DNA of 63,557 nt, the filler included, from Ministeria vibrans ATCC 50519 (lineage: Eukaryota; Protista; Filasterea): the NCBI GenBank assembly GCA_943704425.1. It is 8 parts of 8 records of this genome, joined end to end, with 100 filler letters (N's around TTAATTAATTAA, not from the genome) between each part and the next. Parts side by side here need not be neighbours in the genome. Positions count along the whole stretch, not along the records: positions 1 to 24,244 come from CALSCP010000234.1; positions 24,345 to 31,115 come from CALSCP010001244.1; 6 more parts are not named here. One strand, written 5' to 3'. Below the pieces are notes generated by a model. The model made no database searches, was not told the origin of the DNA, and saw nothing but the letters and a program-made list of their open reading frames with translations. Of this stretch, positions 13,181 through 26,210 are shown in pieces; within the stretch, counting starts at the first letter, position 1; every line of letters begins with the position of its first letter. Position numbers and translations under genes: made by a program.

Positions 13181-15147
13181 TTGTGTGTGTATGATGTGCT
13201 CAGGAGAAAATGCTCGAACACAGTTCACCGGGAGTCGGCGAGGCCTTTGGCGGAAAGTAAGGCAACCTGTCTCTTTTTAAATGGATTGAGATGCCCTTTT
13301 AATGCTTGTTGTGATATAGACCGAGTGGACGAGAGATGGAGAAGGTCCAAGAGCAGTTTGCGGCGATGTTTGTCGATGAGTTACGGGAACAGATTGAGGC
13401 GGAGAGTCAACATGACTACATTCGCACGACCAAGTTTGGGTTTCTGGACATGGCACCGTCACTTCGCTACGCAGCCGAGTGCATTGTACAGGATAGCTTC
13501 ACGTGCTGCTTCACCTCGGCGCCGATGGAGCGATGGAACTTCAATATTTACCTCTTTCCACTGTACTATCTGGGTGTTGCAGTGCGCTACCTCATTCTCT
13601 TCCCTTTGCGTCTTCTGGGTCTCCTTGTGGGTGTCCTTGTCTTTGCGATTGCCATGGTTGTCTCTGTTTTTATGCCTCCTTCCAATCGTGTTGCGCTCCA
13701 ACGTCGTTCCATCACATGGCTTGCCTTCGCCTTTGGTCAGTTTCCTTTTTTCCTTTTTTCTTTCCTTTTTTCCCTTTTTTTTCCTTTTTTCCTCTTTTTT
13801 TCCTTTTTTCTGCGTGTGTCTCTCTGACTGTCTCTTTGTTGTACAGCATTTGCTTTTACTGCGGTGATTCGCTATCACGGAGCGTTCCCTCGAAAGGGCG
13901 GGAAATACGTAACGAGACAGCTAGAGAGAGGGAGAGATTGAACGTGTGTGTGTGAGATAACACCCTGTGATTAGATTTATGTGTCGAACCACACAAGTCT
14001 GATTGACACAGTCGTGCTGATGCAACACCGCCCCTTTGCGCTTGTGGGTCAAGTACGAAACATGACGCACATGCCCACAGAGCACACACATCCATTTGCC
14101 CGATGCGTTTATTGCTCACTTTGTCTTGTCTTTGTAGGCGCATCAAGGGTTCATTGGGTGGTGTCAGAAGTACCTTTTGGGTTCAATGAATAATCTCTGG
14201 TTTGAACGTTTCGAAACAAAAGACCGAAAGGTGAAGAACAAACCCAAATCAATTTATTTATTTTCAAGTCAAAATACGTTAATTTAGTAATATTAATTAT
14301 TATTTTAATGCATTCCTAATAATATGTTTATTAATTATGATTAGGTTGTCGCTGAGCGAATCGAAGAGCATATTGGAGACGCGTCAAACCCGCCTTTGGT
14401 GGTATTCCCTGAAGGGACGTGCGTCAACAACGAGTACGTCGTCATGTTCAAGAAGGGTGCCTTTGAGCTGGATGCATCCGTCGTCCCCATTGCCATCAAG
14501 TACAACAAGATCTTTGTGGATGCCTTCTGGAACAGTCGCAAGCAGACCTTTCCGGAGCACCTCTTCCGTCTGATGACTGCTTGGGCTGTGGTCTGCGACG
14601 GTACACACTAGCCACACACCAAAAAAAATTGACTCTCAACTCTTTTCATGCTCACTTTGTTTTGTTCCTTGTTTCCCTCGTTTTTTTTCTTTTCTTTTTT
14701 TCCTTGTTTTTTTCTGTTTTGTTGTAGTGTGGGTGTGTGAGCCGACATCAATTGGTGAGGATGAGACGCCGACTGAATTTGCCAATCGAGTACAGCAGAT
14801 CATTGCAGATCGTGCCAAAATTACTGCAGTGCCGTGGGATGGTACCAGTCAGAGATCCATTGTAACGCATAGGACTCATGCCCTATTTCTTTGTAGGGTA
14901 TTTGAAGTACATGAAGCCCAACAAGCGTGAACTGGAGGCGCGTCAGAGGGTTTTTGCCGATTTGCTGCGCGTGCGCTTTAACCTGCCCCCGAACACTACC
15001 ACTACTACTGCTGTTGCTGCGACTGCACCGTCTTCCACTGTCAGTGACTCAGTCAGCTCCTCTTCTGCTCCGCTTTCCTCCTCCTCTTCCCATGTCCGTC
15101 AGCGCAAGATTAACTCTGACGCAAAGAGAATACCTACAACGCAATAA
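12463..15147 (+). CDS. Glycerol-3-phosphate acyltransferase (GPAT3/4, plant GPAT9 type)
   Basis: IVQDSFTCCF..WNFNIYLFPLYYLGV..RY, YVSNHTSLID (HxxxxD), VVFPEGTCVNNEY..FKKGAFE, PIAIKYNKIFVDAFWN, PWDGYLKY. Start ATG is inferred. Confidence 0.9.
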
Positions 15148-15307
15148 ACATTTTGCTCTGTTCTTCCTCCCCTCTTTACAAAAAAAAATCAACACAAAGC
15201 AAAAAAAATCAACATAGGAGACTCTATAGACTCACTGGCCGTTCAAGTGTATGTGAACAGGGGGTTGGTTAGTTTGTACTGTGACACGAAACAACACGCA
15301 GAGCGGT

Positions 15308-15808
15308 TTACTTCTGGGCCTTCATGACACGCTTGACAATCTTCTGTTCCTCCACAAGGAAGGCACGCACGATGCGCTGGCGAACGCAGCCAGCGCAGCG
15401 GGCACCGCCGTATGCGCGGCTCACGTGCTTCTTGGTCTTGGAGATGCGGTGGTACTCGAGCGGGCGCAGGGTCGGCACCTATATAGAAAACAGCATGTTG
15501 TTTAGGAAGCAATGACATAAAGACATAAAAAGACACGTATGGCACATCAACACAATCAAAGCCAAACTGCCTCGCTAACAAGACACACAGAGGAGCACGT
15601 CGATGTCACAGTCACGCAAACGAGACTCTCGCAATCTCACTCGCTCCCTTGTCTCCACTCTCTCTCCCTTGTCTCTCTCCCCATACCCTCTTTTCCTCTC
15701 TCCAACTCTCTCAAACACACACTCTCTCTCTCCCACTTCGACGTCACATCCACCCGGCCCCTCCTTCTCCTCCTTCCACCACTCTCAACCAAAAAAAANN
15801 NNAGTCAG

Positions 15809-15861
<53 letters not shown>

Positions 15862-15982
15862 CAAAGGAGAAGGAATGGGGTTTGACGGGAGAGAGGGACT
15901 TACCGGGGGTCTTGACCTGCACGATCTTGTTCGAGCGGGTGTTGTACGACAGTCGTCGGCGGTAGGTGACACGCTGAACCAT
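15308..15982 (-). CDS. RPL34: 60S ribosomal protein L34 (eL34)
   Basis: [27 protein letters not shown] ... [40 protein letters not shown]. Confidence 0.95.
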
Positions 15983-16451
15983 AGCTGGATTCCTTGCTGG
16001 TCCACAGAGAGAGAGAGAGAGAGAAGAGAAGAGAGAGACAAGACAGAGAGAGAAAGTGAAGAGAGAACAGAAAAAAAAAAAAAAAAAAAAAAAGAATCAG
16101 TTGTTGGAGGCATGCAACGAGGCCGAGGAGGGGGGAGAGGGGATCAATGGTAAGTGCGTAGGCGACTACATACCTCGAACAGGTGAAAAAAAGAGACCGA
16201 TTAGTCGGAAAAGAGTCCAAAGACGCAAGTCAGTCAAGTCGCACTGGTTCGACTTTGGCACCCCTCTTGCGCCTCGCTCCAAGCCATTCAGCACCCGCTG
16301 TGTCGTGGAAAGCCTCCAAAGTTGATCTGATCAAGCGTGAACGAGTGCCGCGAGTTGAGAGAAGAATGGAGGACGGCGTGGTGTGCGCCAGATCAAACGA
16401 CTGCACAAGCCCCAAAAGGCGTTTACTCTTTTCTCCTGCTTTTTCATAAAA

Positions 16452-18476
16452 ATGCGTGTGCTCTCTGTCACAGCGCTTGTGGTCCTGCTCGCCGCTGTCG
16501 TTTCCGCGACGTCGACAGGCACGCGGACGCTTGTTCTGTGTGACGATCTCGGCATCAAACTGACACACTCAGCGTTCTTTGCGGCTCTCGAAGGTAAAGA
16601 ACAAAACGAGAAAAAAAAAAATCACCGTCTTGTCAATGCCATCGCCCGCATCATGCCATGATCCCTGGCACACCTGCTTCCATCTCGGCGGATGCACGCT
16701 CTTTCAGGGGCTCCCGTAGCTGTGCTAAGCGCCTGTGACACGTCGCATGTCTGAAATGCTGATCCTCTTCGTTTCCCTCCTCCTACCCATCGCTGCCCTC
16801 TCCCGTTTGCGCCCACCCAGGTCGCCTTCTGCTGATACTTGCTTTTCGCTTTCCTTCGGCCTCTCTCTCTCGCTCACTTGCGCTTTTTTATTGCATTATT
16901 TTTTTTTTGGTTTAACTTGGTCTCCTTTGATACACACACACACTAAGCACTCTACTCACGCGCCTAATCACATCTCCGCACGCACACACGTACACACTAA
17001 GCACACTCGTTGTTTTTTTCTCTCTTTCTCTTCCTCTCTCATTTTGTTATGTTGTCTCTTTCTCTCTCTCTGTAGCTCGCGGCCACAAGCTCACGTTTAA
17101 GCTTGCTGACAATGCAAACCTGGCGATCATCCGCTATGGTGAGGCCGTGTTCGACAATCTGGTGGTGTTCTCGCCGTCTGTCGAAGAGTTTGGTGGAGAC
17201 GTGAGCGTTCAGTCGATCCTCAACTTTGTCGACGAGGGTGGTAACGTCCTTGTTGCCGCCAACTCGGATGTGGGTGACCCGATCCGTGACCTGGCAAGCG
17301 AGTGTGGTGTCGAGTACGACGAGGAGAAGACCTTTGTCATGGATCACATCAACTTTGATGCCGCCGACGAGGGTGACCACACTCTCATCAAGACCAAGAA
17401 CATGGTGAGAAGAAAGGGAAAGTGGGTTGTTTTTTATTGTGTGTGTGTGTGTGTGTGTATGTGTGTGCGAGGAGAAAGAAAGACGATACTGAACATGTGC
17501 GTGTTTTGTATTGTAGCTGAAGAACCCGCTGATTGTTGGAGGGGCCGCAGGCAAGTCGATCCTCTTCCGTGGCGTCGGCCTCACCACCGACCCTGCTAAC
17601 AACATTATCCAGTCTGTCGTCGCTGCCGAAAGCACCGCCTACTCTTACTTCCCCGATGAGAAGGTTAGAAAGCAGTTCTAGTTTATTTTTTATGTTGTGA
17701 TGCGAGGAGGGAGGGGATTGGGTGAAAGCAGTTCTAGTTTATTTTTTATGTTGTGATGCGAGGAGGGAGGGGATTGGTGACACAACTAACTCACACCTTT
17801 TCTTTTTTGTTCCTTACAGATCACCGACTTCCCTCATGCCGTTGGCAAGAACACGGTTCTGGTGGCAGCACTTCAGGCGCGCAACAACGCACGAATGGCC
17901 TTCACCGGCTCGATTGATATGTTTAGCGACCGTCTGATGGCGCAGTCGGAGGGCAACTCCGTCTTTGCCAAGGCACTGTCCAAGTGGGTCTTCAAGGACG
18001 TTGGCGTGCTCCGTGCGCGCAACGCCGAGCACCACATCCTGGAGGGCGCCCAGCCCCATGGTGGCTACACCGTCACCGACCCCGTGGGCTTCTCCATTGT
18101 CATTGAGGAGCAGGTGGACGGCAAGTGGGTGCCCTTCACGGCCAACGATGTCCAGCTTGAAGTCATCCGTCTCGACCCCCACCTCCGCCTCAACCTCAAC
18201 GCCTCGTCCACCGGCAAGTACACCGCCGAGTTTGTCCTGCCCGACGTCTACGGCGTCTTCAAGTTCCAGGTGCAGTACCACCGCCTCGGCTACACCTTCC
18301 TCTCCGAGACCATCCAAGTGCCCGTCCGCCCCCTCCGCCACACTCAGTACGAGCGCTTTATCTTCAGCGCCTACCCTTACTACGCCGCCTCCTTCTCCAT
18401 GATGGCCGGTCTCTTCGTCTTCTCCTTTGTCTTCCTTAACTTTCGTGCTCCCGCAAAAAAGGCCAAGACAGACTAA
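16452..18476 (+). CDS. DDOST: Oligosaccharyltransferase 48 kDa subunit (OST48/WBP1)
   Basis: Signal peptide, RTLVL..THSAFFAALE, FDNLVVFSPSVEEFGG, GGNVLVAA, ALQARNNAR..FTGSIDMFSD, LPDVYGVFKF..YHRLGYT, RPLRHTQYERFI..AYPYY, C-terminal TM and di-lysine-like tail KKAKTD. Confidence 0.95.
17668..17777 (+). repeat. Tandem duplication of a 56-bp unit inside an OST48 intron
   Basis: GAAAGCAGTTCTAGTTTATTTTTTATGTTGTGATGCGAGGAGGGAGGGGATTGG begins at 17668 and again at 17724. Confidence 0.9.
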
Positions 18477-18676
18477 AAAACAACTTTGTTTTTTATTGTT
18501 TTTCTCCCTCCCTCTACTCCTCACTCAATGAAACTCCTTTTATTCTTTCTGTCAAACACAAAAAAAAGTTTTTTTAAGAATTGTCGTTTGTTTTTCATCT
18601 CAAATTAGTCGACTTACAGCTACAAACAAATTAATATTATCGTACACTTCTAAATACACCAACACTACAAATGGTG

Positions 18677-21205
18677 CTACTCATTGTCCTCCTCAATATC
18701 ATCATCATCCAAATACAGGTCAGCAACGGCCGATAAACCCGACGCACTGTGCTCAACCGCACCACCAGACACACCCACTCCCATGCCTGCTGATCCACCC
18801 TCCTCCTCCTCTTCTTCCCCCTCCTCCGCCACAAGCACATCGCGCTCGCTCAACCGTCCCCCCACATGTCCCACTGGTGCAAAGCGAGTGAGCGACACCA
18901 CCAACGCAAGACCCTGTGGCAGCATCCGCACTTGCCGCGCCATCGGCTGCATCAGTGGAATCGTGTCCGTGCACAGCTCAACGCACGAACTTCGCTCCAC
19001 TACGCAAAAGAATGGAGCTGTTTTAGTTGAAATTTTTACGCTTCACAATTCTGTTCGAGGGAATGACAATGGCATGTCCTCCTGATAAAGAAAAGATTGT
19101 TCTTTTCACCCTTTCTCAAATCGACGTGAACGTACAGAGTGAGAGAGTGTGGTGCTCCACGTAAGCTGAGGGTGGGTGCCGCAGGAAGAGGTCAACCTGA
19201 GCCATGCGCTCGCGACACTTGCGATCCGTCTCGGGCGCAAGCGAGCGACGAATCTGTCGCATTTGACCGGTCGACGCAGGTCGCGTTGCCTGTGCGTACT
19301 GATACCCGCGAACAGCAACGGAAGCAGACGCGCTCGACAGCATCTCGCGAGTCTATGCAATACGAAAAGAATTATAGTATTAATGATTGATTCACCAAGC
19401 TGGGTGGTTGCATGTGCAAGGCAAAGACACTTCAAAATAACGTACAGTCCAAGGACCCACAAGAGTATCGGCCGCAGAAATGGCATCCAGTGCCTCCCAC
19501 AGCGGCTCAACGTCGCTAAAGTATTCAACGCAATTCTCGTGCAGAAACAATGTAAATCGATTCGGGTCCAAGTGCGACCGCTCAACGACATCCTGAGTAA
19601 AATAATAATAATATGAGAATATTGTGTTTCACGACGAGGAATAGAGAGAAGGTTGCTTGCTAGATGTACCTCTGGACAGTATGTGTTCATTCGTCGTGTG
19701 CGCGAGGCCACTGCACCCGGTAGGCGCTCGTCCGTCTCAAGAGACTCTCCTACATATGTGCAACGACATCAACATAATAATTAAACACCCAGTACACAGG
19801 AAAAATTGAGAGAGCAGGATACGTTTGCAATGGAGAATCTTGCCGAGCGCATGGAATATGTACATGGAAAAGTCGCGACCGCCGACAGCGCCATCGCGAT
19901 GCAGCGAACGCACAGTGTCGTCTGAAAGTGCCGTGCTACGACGCAACGGAGCCATAGCTGCCTTTTTGGCAGTCTTGGTCGCGCTCGTGCTACTGCGCTT
20001 GCGTTTCCTGCTACTGCTGCTACTGCTGCCATTGGTCGTGGATGAGACGATTTGAGCGGAGCCGCTGCCGGTGGCACAAGCAAACTGAAGGGTGTTGATT
20101 GCGGCGCGAATGTCGCCGGGACAAGCGAGGGCGGTCGCCTCCATAAAGTTGGGGCTGGGCACGGGCAGTGGGGGTGTGGCGGAAAGACGTAGTTCCACAA
20201 TGCGGTTCATCGCCTTGAGCAGGAGGGTGTGCGAGGCGGGGTTAAAAGGAATCTGGTGGACGAGAGGCGATGCAAGCATATCGGCAGGCACAAGCTGACG
20301 CAACTCGGACTCGCCTTGGCGCGTGTCTGACACAATCAACACCAGGGGGTAGCGTCCTTGACGCGCGTAGGCGCGCAAGCTAGCGTGAAGTGCGTCTATT
20401 TGGACACGCGTCGACATGGAAGGCATATCTTCAATGAGGATGACCTTCCTGGGACGCTGCTGGTCGTTTGCAGTCGTTGTTGCGCTCGTTGCAAGCGACG
20501 GGTACTTTTCGTCGCGTAGTAAAAAGTTGTTAAACTGTTTCCAGAGCGGTGTGTAGGCGACGTAGTCCTCGGCGGCGATGTTCGACGACGAGAAGGAGTG
20601 GGTAAACGACGACCAGGACTCGCGCGACGGATTGATCCATTCACTCACACTCGCGTCGAGAGAGCGAGCAACCGCTCGCAGTGCGGCGGTCTTGCCACCA
20701 CCCGGTGGACCCTTAAGAAGCAGAATGCGACAGACATTGAGGTGTGGCGGTACGTCGCCAGAGAGAACTCCAAGCCGTGGCGCAAGCCACTTTTGAATTT
20801 CTTCAATCTACAGTAAGTGAGGAACCAAATCAACGCACGAATGGATATATATGTGTGTGTATGTGTGTATGTGTGTGTGTCGGGGAATGACGCAAAGGCA
20901 AAGGGGCGCAAGGGTGTTTTGCCGGAGGTGCGCGAGTGCGACACGAATGAAGCAAAGGTCGTGGTAGCGCGCGCGTTTTTCGAAACCTTTTTCGGATGCA
21001 CCGACACGTCGGCAAGCTCGACGGGTGTGTACTCGTCAGACCATTGGCTGACGCTTCTGGACGAAGCAGGGGCCGACAAAGCAGGACGAGTCTTTGATGA
21101 TGATGACGCAGCAGCAGACGACGCTGTGACGGGCGCAGGACGACGCCACGAGTCGTCGCTGTCATCGGAAACAATGTCGTCGTCCTCGTTTGCATTGGAG
21201 GACAT
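18677..21205 (-). CDS. RAD17: Checkpoint clamp loader RAD17 (Rad24)
   Basis: QWSDEYTP..LADVSVHPKK, Walker A LLLKGPPGGGKT, EWINP, VILIEDMP, YPLVLIVSD, GDIRAAINTLQF, GGRDFSMYIFHALGKILHCKR, acidic C-terminus DDDDIEEDNE*. Confidence 0.9.
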
Positions 21206-21362
21206 GGTGGAAGAAAAAGAAGTTAAAATGAATGATTGATCACGAATAGTGGAATACGTCAAATCGTCAATACGCGATGATTGTAACGAATGAATATATT
21301 ATCGTCATTCATTCTGTAACATACACATAAGAATAAGGAGAAAAGTTAAGTGAGTTTGTTGT

Positions 21363-24101
21363 TCATTTGTCACAAGTCGCAACGGGAACAGCTTCCCCAG
21401 CAATTGTGATAGAGAGCGGTATAGAATGGGAGGTGCGAGGGTCGGTGGGCAGTCCAGTGGCGGCAAAGAGCGTAAAGTGACCTGGCTCAATCGTCTCTGT
21501 CGCGTCGTAGTCGGTCACAATGCTGAAGGAGACACCCGCCACGGTGACGGCAACCTGCTTGCTCTCACCTGCCTCAAGCGCCACTTTGAAAAATCCCACC
21601 AGTTTGATGTGTGGTGTGGGCACGGTGGCGTTCTCATAGCGCACGTAGACCTAAAAGTAAGTTGATAGAAGTGCACACACACACACACCCCACAAAGACA
21701 CACACACACCACAAAGACACACACACACACCACAAAGACACACACACACACCACAAAGACACACACACACACACCACAAAGACACACACACACCACAAAG
21801 ACACACTCACTCACTCACTCACTCACTCACTCACTCACACACACACACACACACTCAAAGAAAATACACAAAGAAAATACAAGTGCAACAAGGCATAATT
21901 GATGCATGACTCACCTGCAAGACTTCAGAGCCCGCACGCGACCCTGTGTTTTTTAGGGTGGCCGTCACATCGACTGAGTCGCACGGAGCGAGTGTGGTGT
22001 GGGACACTGTCGCGTCGCTCAGAATGAACGTTGTATAGCTGAGGCCATAGCCAAAATGGTAAAAGACGCTCCCAACGTTGTACTACTTGGCGCAAAAATA
22101 GCAATGAAAAAGAGCCACTGAGACTATATGCATCTGTGTGACAGTCTCACCTTGTAGGTGAAGCCGGGAGGAGACGACATGTCGTACGACGTGATGGGCG
22201 GTACTTGGTCGACGTTGGTGTACCACGAGCAGACAGTCTTGCCCGAGGGATTGACAGTACCTGTGAGCACATCGACAATTGCATGACCCGCTGGTACCAA
22301 AGAGATAGAGAAGAGGGTGTGCCTGTAAAGCACACTGTCGTTGTGACACTTCTTTGAACTGTACCTTCTTGTCCACCGTACCCTGCGCTGACGACAGCGC
22401 CTGCTTTGGCAAAACCTGTGGGTGTCACTAGGATAGAGCCATGTGCAAGCACCACCACAACAGTAGTGCCGGTGGCCACAAGCTGCTGCAAAAGCAACTC
22501 TTGCGCGCCGGGCAGAGTGATGTTGGTGCGGTCGAGACCTTCGCGCTCCACTGTCGTGTCAATGCCACCCACAAACACAACAAGGTCGCTGGCACGTGCA
22601 GCCGTGAGAGCCGCAAGAAAGCCAGAAGTGTCCTCGCAATGGACGTCCTTGCAAGCAGGCACCGCCGTCACATGGAAGGCAGTGTTGTTGAAGGCGGCGG
22701 CGGGTGTGACCACATAGCGTGGAGTGGGGTTGTAGTCACCCTCAAAGCAGCCGGCAGCGTCAATACACGGCCCCACCAGCGCAATGGTCTTAACGGTCGC
22801 CGTTGATATGGGCAGCAGTCCATTGCGGTTCTCAAGCAGCACCACAGCCGACTGAGCTGCAGTGCGCGCCAGCGTCTGATGCTTGGTCACCGCGTCACTC
22901 AGCACAATCGAATCGTACACCGACGCACCGTCAAACAGGCCAAGTTTGAAGAATCCTTTGAGCGTGCGCGACAGTCCAACGTCCAGACGTTCCATCGTCA
23001 CCATGCCCTAAGAATATCAGAGAGAGACAGAGAGAGACAGAGAGAGAGACAGAGAGAGACAGAGAGAGAGAGACAGAGAGAGAGAGACAGAGAGAGACAG
23101 AGAGAGAGAGACAGAGAGAGAGAGAGACAGAGAGAGAGAGACAGAGAGAGACAGAGAGAGAGAGACAAGAGAGAGACAGAGAGAGACAGAGAGACAGGGG
23201 GAGACAGAGAGACAGGGGGAGACAGAGACAGACAGTCAGACAAACACAGACAGACGCAGACAGAGACAGATTAGAACAGATAAACAAAGTGACAGAGAAA
23301 CAAAGATGGAGAGGTGTGAGAAAACAACAGGTGGAAACGTGTGCTGTGGAACCTGTTCGACTGCGTTCTGTAATTTCGCGTATTCCTGGTCGCAGGCCCA
23401 ATCGCATCCGGCCTCAAGGCAGAACGACGCCGCTTCCACATCGTTTTGTGCAAAGTGATGTGCGTTGTACACGCCACTCACCGCACCGCAGTCTAAAAGT
23501 AAACAAAAGAGCCTGTTTAGAGAGTGTTGAGTTTCATATGAGAGTGAGTACCGGACACTACAAACCCCGTAAAGTTCCAGGAATCGCGCAATAGTTTTGT
23601 CAATAGGCGATTGTTTGCGCACGATGGAACTCCATTGATCTAATGTAAAAATGGATTGATATTTGATTGATTGTTTCTTGGCAGAGACAAACTTACTGCA
23701 TTGTATGAGCACATAACTAGACAGGGGGAAAATAAACAAAATTAATAAACTCATATAAGACGCTGGCTGATTCATAGTTGCAACTTACAGCTCTCTACTC
23801 CAGCCTCAACGGCCTTTTTGAACGCCGGTTGAAAACTCTCGATCCAATCACGATCAGACACAATCGAGTCAAAAGAAAATCGACTGGAGGGAATGTTCTC
23901 GGGACCGCCGTGGACATCAAAGTGCTTGGCGGTCGCAACCGTCTGTAGCTGAGGTGTGTACTGCACCTCTTCCGCGGTTCTTGTTGTGGTGGTGGTGGTG
24001 CGGTGGCCCTCTTGGCGGTTCTGCAGCGCTGTAATGTACGCGTGCGCCATTTCCCCCTGAAGGAATGGGCTCTCGCCGTATCCCTCTTGGTTCCGTCCCC
24101 A
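21363..24101 (-). CDS. Glycoside hydrolase family 3 (beta-xylosidase/beta-glucosidase type), 5' end lost at spacer
   Basis: WGRNQEGYGESP, TAKHF, MCSYNAINGVPSCAN, WNFTGFVVSDCGAV (nucleophile Asp), VVLLEN..LP, EREGLDR, GYGGQEG, NPSGK, YHFGYGLSYTTF, Fn3-like C-terminus. Confidence 0.92.
23020..23270. repeat. (GA)n/(GAGACA)n compound microsatellite in a GH3 intron
   Basis: Direct inspection; it produces spurious ER/SL ORFs in the track. Confidence 0.9.
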
Positions 24102-24186
24102 CTGAAAACAAACGTGTTATCCGCTATCTATCTTCTCTGTCACTCAGTTTCTTTTCCTCCCTCCACTCTCTCTCTCTCTCTCTCTT

Positions 24187-24244
<58 letters not shown>

Positions 24245-24344
24245 NNNNNNNNNNNNNNNNNNNNNNNNNNNNNNNNNNNNNNNNNNNNTTAATTAATTAA
24301 NNNNNNNNNNNNNNNNNNNNNNNNNNNNNNNNNNNNNNNNNNNN
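24245..24344. other. Artificial contig spacer (44 N + TTAATTAATTAA + 44 N). The same spacer occurs at 31116-31215, 32947-33046, 40692-40791, 52966-53065, 56656-56755 and 59580-59679
   Basis: Seven identical 100-nt pads carrying an all-frame stop palindrome; flanking genes are truncated. Confidence 0.95.
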
Positions 24345-24365
24345 AAAAAAAAAAAAAAAAAAAAA

Positions 24366-24397
<32 letters not shown>

Positions 24398-24412
24398 CAA
24401 CAAACAAACGTA

Positions 24413-25954
<1,542 letters not shown>

Positions 25955-26210
25955 TGAGGGAAAACAATCAAAACTCTGTTCGCGTATCGAATTCTCCTCA
26001 TCGCGATCATTCGATTCGTTCACTTTATTTTTTTTTTCGAAAAAAAAAAAAGAAAAAAGAAAAGAAAAAAAAAAGAAGAGAAAGGGGAAAGTGCTGACAA
26101 AAAGGCCTTGCAGCGACGCAACGCGTGTTTCCGACACGAACTGTTGCTCTGCTTCCTCTCTTTTCTCTTTGTCATCTTTCCCGTCTGTATATCCTCACAC
26201 CCCCTGAAAA

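Noticed and set aside
22879-23407. ORFs rich in ER/SL/CV/TH/poly-K/poly-I (also 15539-16153, 24857-25750, 51641-52066, 53554-54050)
   Set aside because: Translations of intronic microsatellites and N runs.
24289-24300. TTAATTAATTAA palindrome as a biological site
   Set aside because: Always centred in identical N pads; an assembly linker with stops in all frames.
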